Assembly: GCA_041485905.1 (NCBI GenBank)
Contig: JBGPKK010000005.1
Span: 1 to 60,725 of the forward strand
From: Vicinamibacteria bacterium
GTDB lineage: Bacteria > Acidobacteriota > Vicinamibacteria > Vicinamibacterales > CAVVIG01
Direction of reading: 5' to 3'
Length of the DNA stretch: 60,725 bases
Every line of letters begins with the position of its first letter. The stretch's first letter is position 1. Position numbers and translations under genes: made by a program. Below, piece by piece: positions 1 through 9,403 of the stretch. The notes under the pieces were generated by a model. It made no database searches and was not told the origin of the DNA. It worked only from the letters and a program-made list of their open reading frames with translations.

Positions 1-1161
1 ACCGACGATGCGGGTCAGTATCGGTTGTCCGGGCTCGCGCCCGGTGCGTACTTCGTCATGGCCACGACACAAGAGAAGTGGACGGTGAACACCAGCGGCG
101 GCCGGACGACGATGGGCTATGCCCCGACGTACCTGCCAGGCACGACCAACGTTCCCGACGCGCGGCGAGTGAGCGTGGGAGTCGGGCAGCAAGTCGGCGG
201 CAACGACTTCGCGGTCATTCCCGCCCGCGCCGTGAAGGTCTCGGGCACGGCAGTCGATTCGCGCGGTCGTCCGCTGGCCGGTCAAATTGTGGCGCTCGCG
301 CAGCAATTCCGCAGCCCCGAGGGTGGCGGCGCCAATTTCGGCGCGGGCAACCGGCCCATCGCCGCCGACGGCACGTTTGCGATTGAGAACGTCCCGCCGG
401 GTGAGTACGTCGTGCGGACCTCGGCGCCTCTTGAGCGTGCGGCGAACGGCGCGCCGGGAACGCCGGAAATGGCGACGCTGCCGGTGGTCGTCACCAGCGC
501 CGATCTCGAGAACGTCAGCTTGATTACATCGCGCGGATGGTCGATGTCCGGACAGATCATCACCGACAGCGGCGCAGCTCCAAGCATGCCGAGCGCTCGC
601 GTGAGGATTACGGGACGGATGCTGGGCGGGAACAGCACGCCGGTGCAGGGGCGCGGGCAAGTTCGCGACGACTGGACGTTTACGGTGACGGACATCTTCG
701 GTCCGGCGCGGCTACCCGTCGATCTTCCTGATGAATGGACATTGAAGGTCGTGATGCGCGACGGCCGCGACATCACCGAGACGCCGATCGAGATGAAAAG
801 CGGCGAGGAGCTGTCCGGCGTTCAGATTGTGGTCAGCGACCGCGTGACGACGGTGACCGGCCAGCTTGTCGATGACAAAGGCGTGCCGCTTGCCGACGGC
901 ACGATCGTCGTGTTCGCGAGCGCGTCGGATAAGTGGGCCGAGGACTCGCGGTTCGTCAGATCGGCCCGTCCCGATCAGGAAGGGAAGTATCAAATCCGCG
1001 GCCTGGCGCCTGGTGACTATCTCGCCGTTGCGATCGACTATGTCCAGGATGGGATGTGGAACGATCCCGACTACCTGGAGTCTGTGCGCCGGTACGGGCA
1101 GAAGCTGACGTTGAAGGAAGGTGACTCGCGAGCGATTTCGTTAAAGCTCGTGACACCGTGA
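1..1161 (+). CDS. CarboxypepD_reg-like repeat protein, 5' end cut by window edge
   Basis: Frame 1 is open from nt 1 (TDDAGQYRLSGLAPGAYFV). Repeated G.Y.L.GLAPG.Y and NVPPGEYVV beta-sandwich motifs. Stop at 1159-1161. Confidence 0.75.
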   Translation, partial: TDDAGQYRLSGLAPGAYFVMATTQEKWTVNTSGGRTTMGYAPTYLPGTTNVPDARRVSVGVGQQVGGNDFAVIPARAVKVSGTAVDSRGRPLAGQIVALAQQFRSPEGGGANFGAGNRPIAADGTFAIENVPPGEYVVRTSAPLERAANGAPGTPEMATLPVVVTSADLENVSLITSRGWSMSGQIITDSGAAPSMPSARVRITGRMLGGNSTPVQGRGQVRDDWTFTVTDIFGPARLPVDLPDEWTLKVVMRDGRDITETPIEMKSGEELSGVQIVVSDRVTTVTGQLVDDKGVPLADGTIVVFASASDKWAEDSRFVRSARPDQEGKYQIRGLAPGDYLAVAIDYVQDGMWNDPDYLESVRRYGQKLTLKEGDSRAISLKLVTP

Positions 1162-1170
1162 GGGGGAAAC

Positions 1171-1230
1171 GCAGGGCTGAAGCCCTGCGCCACACAAGCC
1201 GCAGCGGTAAAGCGCTGCGCCACACAGGGC
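1171..1230. repeat. two tandem 30-nt hairpin units
   Basis: GCAGGGCTGAAGCCCTGCGCCACACAAGCC followed by GCAGCGGTAAAGCGCTGCGCCACACAGGGC. 24 of 30 positions are identical. One stem difference (pos 5 g->c with pos 14 c->g) keeps pairing. Confidence 0.8.
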
Positions 1231-1232
1231 AG

Positions 1233-2075
1233 ATGATCATGATTCGCGCGCTCGGACGGTGGATCCTCGGAGCCGCCGCCGTCGGCTTCGCGTATCTCGT
1301 GTACTCCTACCTGACGCTTCCCGATGTGCGGCCGCTGCGCACGGCGAATCCCGACACGACCGCGTTCATCGAGCTGCGTGCGCGCGAGGCGCTCGCAGAG
1401 GGGCGTCCTGTCCGTCGCGTGCAGCAGTGGGTGGGCTACGGCCGGATCTCGGCGGATCTGAAGCGCGCGGTGCTCGTCGCCGAGGACGATGCCTTCTGGC
1501 AGCACGAAGGCGTGGACTTCGAGCAGCTGCAGCAATCTCTGGAGCTCGATTGGGCGCGCGGCCGCTTCATGCGCGGCGGCAGCACCATCACGCAGCAGCT
1601 CGCCAAGAACCTGTACTTGTCGCCGTCGAAGAACCCGGTGCGGAAGCTGCGCGAGCTGGTCATCGCGAGGCGTCTCGAGGGCGAGCTTCAGAAGTCGCGC
1701 ATCCTCGAGCTGTATTTGAACGTCATCGAATGGGGCGATGGGATCTACGGCGCGGAAGCGGCGGCCCGCACGTATTTCCATACGAGCGCGGCGGCGCTCG
1801 GCCGCGCGGAATCGGCACTGCTCGCCGGCGCGATCGTCAACCCGCGCGAGCTCAACCCGTCTCACCCGACTGCCCGGCTCGTGCGGCGCCAGCAGCTGAT
1901 CCTGCGCCGCATGGGCGGAGTCGTCCCGCCGATCGAGAATCCGGTTGTCGTCGTGCCGCCGCCGGCCGATCAGACGCCGGTGGCGCCGTCGTCCGACGAT
2001 CCGCCGCCGATAGTCCCGCCTGTCAGCGCCGAGCCAGCGGTGCCGCCCGCCGATCCGCCGACCGAGCCCAGGTAG
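1233..2075 (+). CDS. mtgA: monofunctional peptidoglycan glycosyltransferase (GT51)
   Basis: EDDAFWQHEGVD and GGSTITQQLAKN motifs, N-terminal TM helix. Start moved to ATG 1233 (MIMIRALGRW). Pro-rich C-terminal tail. Confidence 0.9.
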   Translation: MIMIRALGRWILGAAAVGFAYLVYSYLTLPDVRPLRTANPDTTAFIELRAREALAEGRPVRRVQQWVGYGRISADLKRAVLVAEDDAFWQHEGVDFEQLQQSLELDWARGRFMRGGSTITQQLAKNLYLSPSKNPVRKLRELVIARRLEGELQKSRILELYLNVIEWGDGIYGAEAAARTYFHTSAAALGRAESALLAGAIVNPRELNPSHPTARLVRRQQLILRRMGGVVPPIENPVVVVPPPADQTPVAPSSDDPPPIVPPVSAEPAVPPADPPTEPR

Positions 2076-2090
2076 CGACGGCCTCGCGGC

Positions 2091-2771
2091 CTACTTACGG
2101 TAGAGATCGGGAAACTGCTTGCGAAGGTTCTCGACCTTCGGCGCATCGTTGATCACGATGTACGGGTGAGTGGGATGATGGGCGAGGAAGTCCTGGTGGT
2201 AATCCTCGGCCTGATAGAAAGCCTTGAGGGAGACGACCTCGGTGACGATGCGGCTGCGGAATGCCTTGGCCTGATTCAGCTGATCGATATACGCCTGCGC
2301 GACGCGTTTCTGCTCGTCATTCGCGGTGAAAATCGCCGAGCGATACTGCGGCCCGTCGTCGGGTCCCTGCCGGTTCAACTCGGTCGGATCGTGGGCGACT
2401 GAAAAGAAGACTTTGAGCAGCTGCCCGTAAGAGATCTGCGAGCGATCGTAGGTGATCTTTACAGATTCAGCATGGCCGGTTCGGCCCGTGCCGACCAGTT
2501 CGTAGTGCGCAGTCGTTGCCGCGCCGCCTGAATAGCCGGACGTGACGTTCTTGACGCCTCTGACATGTTCGAACACCGCCTCGACTCCCCAGAAGCAGCC
2601 GCCGGCAAGCACGGCGGTCCGCTCGGTGCTGAGCGTTGCCGCCGGTTCATCGACGCCGGGGTTGGGGAGAGATACAGCCGCGCTGACCTCGCCGCACGCG
2701 GCGGCGATCATTGCCAACAAGAGCGTCGCGCCGGCGAAGAATATGCGGTTGAGCTTGGCTGTCTTGTGCAT
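2091..2771 (-). CDS. msrA: peptide-methionine (S)-S-oxide reductase
   Basis: GGCFWGVEAVF and SGYSGG signature. Signal/lipobox-like N-terminus LLAMIAAACG from ATG 2771. Confidence 0.92.
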   Translation of the reverse strand: MHKTAKLNRIFFAGATLLLAMIAAACGEVSAAVSLPNPGVDEPAATLSTERTAVLAGGCFWGVEAVFEHVRGVKNVTSGYSGGAATTAHYELVGTGRTGHAESVKITYDRSQISYGQLLKVFFSVAHDPTELNRQGPDDGPQYRSAIFTANDEQKRVAQAYIDQLNQAKAFRSRIVTEVVSLKAFYQAEDYHQDFLAHHPTHPYIVINDAPKVENLRKQFPDLYRK

Positions 2772-2789
2772 GTTTTTACCGTGCTGAGC

Positions 2790-2818
2790 TTGACACTCAT
2801 CATACCCCTTCGTTATAT
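2790..2818 (+). promoter_or_regulatory. candidate sigma-70 promoter for the 2903 gene
   Basis: TTGACA (2790-2795), 17-nt spacer, TTATAT (2813-2818), about 85 nt upstream of the start codon. Confidence 0.4.
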
Positions 2819-2902
2819 TCACCACTCCCCGGCGCAAAACTTAATCAGACCGCAGGTCGTCTCGCCTGGCGATGGCAGCGCCGACGATCGTGTCGTCCAA
2901 GC

Positions 2903-3730
2903 GTGATGATCAACTACACCGATAGCCTCTCGTTATTGACCAGGGACATCGTTCGGCGGGTCCCGACTCTGTCCTTTATCGATCCCGCCGACCTCCTGGT
3001 GTTTGCGCGTGCCGGTCGATCGAACGCGGACGGCGCCTTTGCCACCTGCCACTGTCTGACGCTGCCGCCAAGCGAGCCGGGCTACTACTTCTGGCGCGAT
3101 CGGTCGACGGGCATGCTCACGCGCCGATCGGAGTGGTTCGTCACGAAGTCGCCGTCGGTGACGCTCGCGAACCGCCCCGTCAGCTACATGATCTCGTTTT
3201 CGGTGCCGCGCTTCTGCGATCAGTCGCTGGATCGGACGCGCAAGGAGCGCTTCTATCCTGGCGCCGAACCGTGGCTGGCGAAGCTCGACACGGTCATCCA
3301 CGAGCTCTATCACATCGATCCCGATCGCAGCGGCATCCGGCGGATCGAGCGGCAGGACGGGACGTACCTGGCCAACTGCCACGGCCACCAGTTCTTCGAG
3401 CAGGTGGCCGACATGGTGGCCACCTACATCGACAGCCGGCCGGACCCGGCGGTCTATGAATTTCTGCGGCACGACTTCGACGCGCTCGAGGCGCGATTCG
3501 GGGGCGTGGCCGCGACGACGTTCCGCACGTTCCCGTCGTTCCCCCAGCGATATATCGAGCGGGCGCCGTTACAGCCGGCCTGCGAGGCCGACGGCAGCGG
3601 CGTGCTGGTGGAACCGCTCCGACTGACCCAACAGCCGACCGGCTACACCGAGAACGACCTGCGCATCCGCCGGTTCTGGAAGAAGACTTCGCGGCGCCTG
3701 GCTGCGAAGAGCGAATTCCGCGCCGCGTAG
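2903..3730 (+). CDS. hypothetical protein with HExxH motif (possible metallopeptidase)
   Basis: No family recognised. Single IHELYHID (HExxH) plus a downstream CHGH. Start GTG 2903 or ATG 2906. Confidence 0.6.
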   Translation: MMINYTDSLSLLTRDIVRRVPTLSFIDPADLLVFARAGRSNADGAFATCHCLTLPPSEPGYYFWRDRSTGMLTRRSEWFVTKSPSVTLANRPVSYMISFSVPRFCDQSLDRTRKERFYPGAEPWLAKLDTVIHELYHIDPDRSGIRRIERQDGTYLANCHGHQFFEQVADMVATYIDSRPDPAVYEFLRHDFDALEARFGGVAATTFRTFPSFPQRYIERAPLQPACEADGSGVLVEPLRLTQQPTGYTENDLRIRRFWKKTSRRLAAKSEFRAA

Positions 3731-3964
3731 CGCGTTTCACTCGCTCGTCCTGATCCCACTCGCGCTTGGTCTCGCGTGCGCAGGCGAGAAGGTCATCGCT
3801 CCCGGGCAGCGCATCCATCGCGACGACTTCGAATACTCGAGACCACCGACCGCATCAAGTCTTCGGCCGGGGAGCTCCGCGCGCACGGGCTGTTTTATGT
3901 CGTCACGTTCCTGGTCGAGAATGGCGCCAGGCGCTACACGAACACGCGCGTCAGACTGTGCTGA

Positions 3965-4492
3965 CTAACCGACGCGGCGCGCTCCGACGAAGCGCTGCGA
4001 CCAGTACGTGGCGCTGAGACGCTCGACACGCACGACGCCGGTGGAGCTTGGCGCGTGAACGAACTCGTCGCCGCCCAACGCAATGCCCACATGCGACGGC
4101 CCCGGCGCGGCCGTGCTGAAGAAGATCAGGTCGCCGGGCGCAATCTCCGCCGGCTTCACCGGAGTTCCCTCCTCGAACTGAGACTTCACGTCGCGCGGCA
4201 GCGCGATGCCGTGCTGTTCGAACACGTACTGCGTGAAGCCGCTGCAGTCGAAGCCGCTCGGATCGTGGCCGCCGTTTCGGTACTGCGTGCCCCGCAGCGC
4301 CAGAGCCGTGCCGGTGAGCGCGTACGTGTCGAACCCAGGCTTGTTCAGCGCGCCTGGCGGGGCCGCGTTCCCGATCCGCGGCGGGACGGCCGCGCCCGGG
4401 GTCGGGAACGGACGTGGCACCGCGCCAGTCGAGGCGCAGCCGGTCGTCACGGCGGCGGCGGTGGCGACGAAAAGGGCGGCCGATCGAAACAT
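3965..4492 (-). CDS. NlpC/P60 (C40) peptidoglycan endopeptidase lipoprotein
   Basis: DCSGFTQYVF, GDLIFF and HVGIAL catalytic core. Lipoprotein signal MFRSAALFVATAAAVTTGC from ATG 4492. Confidence 0.88.
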   Translation of the reverse strand: MFRSAALFVATAAAVTTGCASTGAVPRPFPTPGAAVPPRIGNAAPPGALNKPGFDTYALTGTALALRGTQYRNGGHDPSGFDCSGFTQYVFEQHGIALPRDVKSQFEEGTPVKPAEIAPGDLIFFSTAAPGPSHVGIALGGDEFVHAPSSTGVVRVERLSATYWSQRFVGARRVG

Positions 4493-4520
4493 CACCCCTG
4501 TCGTATCGGCGGCAGAGCCG

Positions 4521-4558
4521 CCCTTCGGCAGGCTCAGGGCGTGCTGAGCTTGTCGAAG
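4521..4558. repeat. palindromic repeat unit (CTTCGxCAGGCTCAGG family)
   Basis: CCCTTCGGCAGGCTCAGGG CGTG CTGAGCTTGTCGAAG. The left arm matches the tamB in-frame units at 55616 and 55666. Confidence 0.75.
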
Positions 4559-4682
4559 CACGACCTTCCATACAGCCGCTAACCCACGCGATTTCAATGT
4601 GTTTACGGCGTCAGCGTCTTGACACCTCTACAACGGTCGGGCAATATTCAAAAGATGATCGGGCCAAAGGCCCGCCTGGACA

Positions 4683-5216
4683 ATGGAACAGACGCTGCTC
4701 CTTAACGCGACGTACGAGCCGCTCAAGGTCGTCCACTGGCAGAAGGCGGTGACGCTGTGGTGCCAGGGCAAGGTCGAGATCATCGAGGTCCACGACCGGG
4801 AGATCCGTGCCGTCTCGTTCAGCTTCAAGATGCCGTCGGTCATTCGCCTGCTCCGCTACATCAAGATCAAGCGGCGGTTCGATTACGTGCCGTTTTCGCG
4901 CGCGAACATCTACGCGCGCGACGATCACAAGTGTCAGTACTGCGGGGACCAGTACCCCACCACCGAGCTGACCTTCGATCATGTGGTGCCGGTCGCCCAC
5001 GGCGGCCGCAAGGACTGGGAGAACATCGTCACCGCGTGCGTCGGCTGCAATCGCAAGAAAGGTGGACGCACGCCGTCCGAAGCCCGCATGCATCTCCGGC
5101 GAATGCCCAGGAGGCCAGAATCGGCGCCCGCCCTGCGCATTACCATTGGTGTGCGCAGCGCGCCCGAGACCTGGCGCGACTATCTCTATTGGAACGTCGA
5201 ACTAGACGACACATAG
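4683..5216 (+). CDS. HNH endonuclease family protein
   Basis: CQYCG, FDHVVPVAHGG and VTACVGCNRKKG HNH/zinc motifs. Confidence 0.85.
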   Translation: MEQTLLLNATYEPLKVVHWQKAVTLWCQGKVEIIEVHDREIRAVSFSFKMPSVIRLLRYIKIKRRFDYVPFSRANIYARDDHKCQYCGDQYPTTELTFDHVVPVAHGGRKDWENIVTACVGCNRKKGGRTPSEARMHLRRMPRRPESAPALRITIGVRSAPETWRDYLYWNVELDDT

Positions 5217-5314
5217 TCGACAGTCGACGGTCGACAGTCTCAGTCGACAGTCGAGGGTCAACGGTCAAGCTGCGACTCGCGACCGGCGACCGACGACTGA
5301 TGACCGACGACTGC
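5216..5314. repeat. word-repeat imperfect hairpin (GTCGACAG words versus GACCGACGACTG words)
   Basis: GTCGACAGTCGACGGTCGACAGTCTCAGTCGACAG on the left. TGACCGACGACTG occurs twice on the right. The arms are partly complementary. Lies between the HNH stop and ATG 5322. Confidence 0.6.
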
Positions 5315-5321
5315 TCCCCCC

Positions 5322-6323
5322 ATGCCATCCCAACCACGCATTACGGCCGTTCGCCCCTTCTGGGCCATCGAGGGCGGCCGCATCAGGATTGAAGGTTCAG
5401 GCTTTCCTGTCGACGGCCCGCGTCTGCCGGAGGTGCGGATCGGGGGCCAGCCCGCCCGCGTCGTGTACGGGTCGCCGGGCGCCCTCGCCGTCGTGGTTCC
5501 GGCGCTCGCCGACGGCGGTCGGACCGAGATCCGCATCGACGGCGTGCCGGGTGAAACGGCGTACGTCGAAGTGGCCACGACGCTTGCGACCGGCCTGCAC
5601 CAGGTGGACAACCCGGTCTTCGATCGCGCGGGCAACCTGTATGTGACCTACAGCGGCACGCGCGGCCAGGAAGTGCTCGTATCGATTTTCTGCGTGCGGC
5701 CAAACGGGACCCGCGAAACGTTCTCGTCCGGCATCGTGAATCCCACGTCGATGGCGATCGATCCCGAGGATCGGCTGTACGTCTCGAGCCGGTTCGAGGG
5801 CACCGTGTACCGCGTCGAGTCGGACGGATCGTCTAAACCGTTTGCGACCGATCTTGGCGTCGCGTGCGGGCTGGCGTTCGCGCCGGATGGCACGTTGTTC
5901 GTGGGCGACCGCTCGGGCACGATCTTCCGCGTCGATCGCGAGGGGCACGCCACTCGGTTCGCGGCGCTGCCGCCGAGCGTGGCGGCCTTTCATCTGGCTC
6001 TCGCCCCGGACCTGGCGTTGCACGTCGCCGCACCGACGCTGTCGTCCTACGACACGATTTATCGGATCGATTCCAACGGCGTGATCACGGAGCCGTACGC
6101 CAGATTCGGACGGCCGCAGGGGCTGGCCTTCGACGCAAACGGCACGCTGTTCGTCGTCGAAGCGCTCGCCGGCACGAGCGGACTCTATCGTCTTCCCGCC
6201 GGCGGCGCGCCCGAGTTCGTGCTCGCGGGTCCCGGTCTCGTCGGCGTCGCCTTCGATCCGCGCGGCGGCCTCGTCGTGTGCTCCAACGAAACGGCGTATC
6301 GACTGCCCAAGTCTCAAGTGTGA
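5322..6323 (+). CDS. IPT/TIG domain plus NHL/SMP-30-like beta-propeller protein
   Basis: N-terminal ITAVRP..GGRIRIEGSGF module. Then repeated blades (GNLYVTY, DRLYVSS, PDGTLFVGD, ANGTLFVVE). Confidence 0.7.
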   Translation: MPSQPRITAVRPFWAIEGGRIRIEGSGFPVDGPRLPEVRIGGQPARVVYGSPGALAVVVPALADGGRTEIRIDGVPGETAYVEVATTLATGLHQVDNPVFDRAGNLYVTYSGTRGQEVLVSIFCVRPNGTRETFSSGIVNPTSMAIDPEDRLYVSSRFEGTVYRVESDGSSKPFATDLGVACGLAFAPDGTLFVGDRSGTIFRVDREGHATRFAALPPSVAAFHLALAPDLALHVAAPTLSSYDTIYRIDSNGVITEPYARFGRPQGLAFDANGTLFVVEALAGTSGLYRLPAGGAPEFVLAGPGLVGVAFDPRGGLVVCSNETAYRLPKSQV

Positions 6324-6366
6324 AGTCTGAAGTCTGAATCCGACTGACACTTCAGACTTCAGACTT
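6323..6366. terminator. bidirectional hairpin between convergent genes
   Basis: AAGTCTGAAGTCTGAA (6323-6338) pairs perfectly with TTCAGACTTCAGACTT (6351-6366), 12-nt loop. It overlaps both stop codons. No U tract. Confidence 0.65.
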
Positions 6367-7861
6367 GAGCCTTCTCTCTCAATCCGCTCCTGCGGAACCC
6401 GTACGAGTAATACACGACCAGCCCCACAACGAGCCACAGCCCAAACCTGATCCAGGTGATCCACGGCAGACCGAGCATCAGGTACAGACATGAAATCACG
6501 CCCAGCACCGGGATCACCGGCACCCATGGTGTCCTGAAGGCGCGCGGCCGGTCCGGATCGCGCTTCCGCAGCACGAGAATGCCGATACAGACGAGCACGA
6601 ACGCAAACAGTGTCCCGATGTTCGTCAGGTCCACCATCTCGTCGATGCTGGTGAACATCGCGCAAACGCCGACCGCGATCCCGGTGAGAATCGTGGTCAC
6701 GTGCGGCGTGCGAAATCTTGGATGGACTCTGGCGAAGCTCGGCGGAAGCAGGCCGTCGCGAGCCATCGAAAATAAAATCCTCGGCTGACCGAGCTGAAAC
6801 ACGAGGAGGACGGCTGTATGTGCCACGACCGAACCGAAGGCGACGATGCCGACAACGACATTGCTCCATCGTCCGATGTTGGCGTACTGCAGCGCCATCG
6901 TGAGCGGCTCGGCCTGTTCAGTCGCGAGCTTCTGCCGGAGGACGTCGTAAGGAATGATCCCGGTGAAGACGATGGCGACGACGATGTAGATGATCGTGCA
7001 GATGATGAGGGAACCGACGATACCGATCGGCAGATCGCGTGACGGGTTGCGCGTTTCCTCGGCGACCGTCGACACGGCATCGAACCCGATGTACGCAAAG
7101 AAGACGATGGCGGCGCCCGCCCGCACACCGGCCCACCCGTTCGGTGCGAACGGATGAAAGTTGCCGATCTTCGTGTAGTTCCACCCCACGATCACGAAGA
7201 ACCCCAGCACGATTAGCTTCAACACCACCATCATGCTGTTCATCGTCGCGCTTTCGCGGATGCCGATGACGAGCACGACCGTGATGAGCGCGACGATGCC
7301 GAAGGCCAGAATGTTGAAGACGATGGGCACGCCGAACACGTGCGGCGCACTTGCGAAGAGGCCGGGTATGTGCGTGGCCGTCCGATAGTCGGTCGACAGC
7401 CAGTCGGGAACGACAATCCCGACCCCCGAGACGAGCGTCTTGAAGTAATTCCCCCAACTGATCGCGACGGCGACGTTGCCGACCGCGTACTCGATGATCA
7501 AATCCCAGCCGATGATCCAGGCGACGAGCTCGCCCAGCGTCGCGTACGCATACGTGTACGCGCTCCCGGAGATCGGGACCATCGCCGCGAACTCCGCGTA
7601 GCAGAGCGCCGCGAACCCGCAGGCGATGCCCGTTACGACGAAAGACAGGATCAGGGCTGGCCCGGCGCCAGGCCGCGTCGGATCGCCCGCGGCTGCAGTG
7701 CCGATCGTCGCGAAGATGCCGGCGCCGACGATGGCGCCGATGCCGAGCATGACGACATCGAACGCGCCCAGCGTGCGTTTGAGCTGATGCTGCGGCGCCT
7801 GGCCTTCTGACAACAGGGCGTCCAGGCTTTTCGTACGGAACAATTGTCTCGGCATCGGCAC
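6359..7861 (-). CDS. APC-family amino acid permease
   Basis: Multi-TM hydrophobic profile. GAGIFATIG and FFAYIGFDAVSTVAEETRNPSRDLP motifs typical of cationic amino acid/APC permeases. Confidence 0.88.
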   Translation of the reverse strand: MPMPRQLFRTKSLDALLSEGQAPQHQLKRTLGAFDVVMLGIGAIVGAGIFATIGTAAAGDPTRPGAGPALILSFVVTGIACGFAALCYAEFAAMVPISGSAYTYAYATLGELVAWIIGWDLIIEYAVGNVAVAISWGNYFKTLVSGVGIVVPDWLSTDYRTATHIPGLFASAPHVFGVPIVFNILAFGIVALITVVLVIGIRESATMNSMMVVLKLIVLGFFVIVGWNYTKIGNFHPFAPNGWAGVRAGAAIVFFAYIGFDAVSTVAEETRNPSRDLPIGIVGSLIICTIIYIVVAIVFTGIIPYDVLRQKLATEQAEPLTMALQYANIGRWSNVVVGIVAFGSVVAHTAVLLVFQLGQPRILFSMARDGLLPPSFARVHPRFRTPHVTTILTGIAVGVCAMFTSIDEMVDLTNIGTLFAFVLVCIGILVLRKRDPDRPRAFRTPWVPVIPVLGVISCLYLMLGLPWITWIRFGLWLVVGLVVYYSYGFRRSGLREKAQV

Positions 7862-7908
7862 GTGGCGTCCGGCTCTGGCCGGACTTCGATATTGCGCGGA
7901 ACAATATC

Positions 7909-8514
7909 ATGAGGGGTAAGATGCGGCTGGCCATGTCGCCGATGCGCTCCCGGATCCTTGTGGCGGTGTCGTTGGGTCTCTTCGGGGCGGTTGCCGTTCG
8001 GGGGGAAACGCGTCAGATCGATCCGGACCGCTCGAAGGTGACCGTCTACGTCTATAAGTCGGGCCTCTTTTCCGCGTTCGCGGACAACCACATCATCCAG
8101 GCGCCGATCGCGAGCGGATCGTTTTCGGACAGCCAGCCGCTGGCCGTCGATGTGGTCGTGCACGCGGCCGATCTCAAGGTCCTCGATCCCGATCTCGCGG
8201 CGTCGAAACGCGCCGAGGTCCAGACCCGCATGCTCGGCGCAGAGGTGCTGCACACAGCGAGGTTTGCAGACGTCGCGTTCACGTCGACGACGATCGAAGC
8301 AGCGGGGAGCGATCGGTGGAGGATTGTCGGCCGGCTGACGATTCACGGGGCGACGCGGCCGGTCACCGTCGCGGCGGTCCGGCAGAACGGCAGCTACCGC
8401 GGATCGGTGGCGATCAAACAGCGGGACTTCGGTATCGAGCCGATCAGCATCGCGGGCGGCACGGTCAAGGTCAAGGACGAGATCAAGATTGAATTCGATA
8501 TCGTCGCGCGCTGA
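7909..8514 (+). CDS. YceI-family periplasmic protein
   Basis: Signal peptide, then YceI-like features (TIHGATRPVTV, KQRDFGI). Alternative start ATG 7921. Confidence 0.8.
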   Translation: MRGKMRLAMSPMRSRILVAVSLGLFGAVAVRGETRQIDPDRSKVTVYVYKSGLFSAFADNHIIQAPIASGSFSDSQPLAVDVVVHAADLKVLDPDLAASKRAEVQTRMLGAEVLHTARFADVAFTSTTIEAAGSDRWRIVGRLTIHGATRPVTVAAVRQNGSYRGSVAIKQRDFGIEPISIAGGTVKVKDEIKIEFDIVAR

Positions 8515-8539
8515 CGGTCGTTTTCATAAGGAGACGTCG

Positions 8540-9403
8540 ATGAAAAGACAACTCGGGTGGATTGTGGTGCCGGCACTCCTGTTGGTCGCGGCCGCCGCCG
8601 GCCGTTCTGTCGCCGCCGAGCAGCGACCGAACGCGCCCTCATCGCCTCGGATCTATGTCTTCGATTGCGGCGACATCAAGGGGCTCGATCCGGCGCTGTT
8701 CCGGTTCAAGAAGGAGGAGCTCGCCGCGACCGACTTCGTGGTGACTTGTTACCTGATCGCGCACCCCAAAGGCACCCTCATGTGGGATGTCGGCGTCATT
8801 CCGGACAGCGCCTTCAAGGCCGATGGTGCGCCGGTCACCGCGGGACGCTCGACGGTTGCCAAACCGCTCAAGGCGCAGCTGGCGGCGGTGGGCTACAGAC
8901 CCGCCGACATCACGTATCTCGCGCTCTCGCACTACCACTCGGATCACACCGCCAACGCGAATGATTTCGCGGGCGCCACCTGGATCGTGCAGAAGGCCGA
9001 GCGCGACGTCATGTTCGCCGACAACCCGCAGGGGATCATCAACCGCGAGCATTACAGCGCGCTGAAAGACAGCAAGACGATCGTGCTGAACAATGAGGAT
9101 CGCGACGTATTTGGAGACGGCACAGTGGTGCTCAAGTCCACACCGGGACACACGCCCGGCCATCAGGTTCTGTTCGTGAAGCTGGCGAAGACCGGATCGG
9201 TGCTGCTCGCCGGGGATCTCTATCACTACCCGGAGGAGCGCACGTTCAAGCGGTTCCCGACCTTCGAGTTCAACGTCGAGCAGTCGGCCGCCAGCCGAGC
9301 GAAGATGGACGAGCTCCTCAAGCAGACCGGCGCCGAGATGTGGATCGAGCACGACGCGGCGACCCACGCGAAGCTGAAGAAAGCTCCGGCGTTTTACGAT
9401 TGA
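8540..9403 (+). CDS. secreted MBL-fold hydrolase (AHL-lactonase-like)
   Basis: HYHSDH (HxHxDH) and TPGHTPGH motifs, signal peptide. AAGGAG at 8528-8533 precedes ATG 8540. Confidence 0.82.
   Translation: MKRQLGWIVVPALLLVAAAAGRSVAAEQRPNAPSSPRIYVFDCGDIKGLDPALFRFKKEELAATDFVVTCYLIAHPKGTLMWDVGVIPDSAFKADGAPVTAGRSTVAKPLKAQLAAVGYRPADITYLALSHYHSDHTANANDFAGATWIVQKAERDVMFADNPQGIINREHYSALKDSKTIVLNNEDRDVFGDGTVVLKSTPGHTPGHQVLFVKLAKTGSVLLAGDLYHYPEERTFKRFPTFEFNVEQSAASRAKMDELLKQTGAEMWIEHDAATHAKLKKAPAFYD

Noticed and set aside
2781-2793. 13-mer CGTGCTGAGCTTG identical to part of the palindromic repeat at 4540-4552
   Set aside because: Only the right half-arm is present and no palindrome partner exists. The match overlaps a good TTGACA -35 box, so it may be coincidental or a decayed half-copy.
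3776-3964. 62-aa ORF with HGLFYVVTFLVENGARRYTNT, faintly like the N-terminus of a GIY-YIG/UPF0213 nuclease
   Set aside because: The similarity covers only about 18 residues. The ORF stops where the catalytic Arg/Glu region should follow. It may be a remnant, but I cannot support that without a search.
5397-6869. 490-aa minus-strand ORF spanning two genes
   Set aside because: It overlaps the IPT/propeller gene in antisense and the APC permease out of frame. It has low-complexity Arg-rich composition and no motifs.
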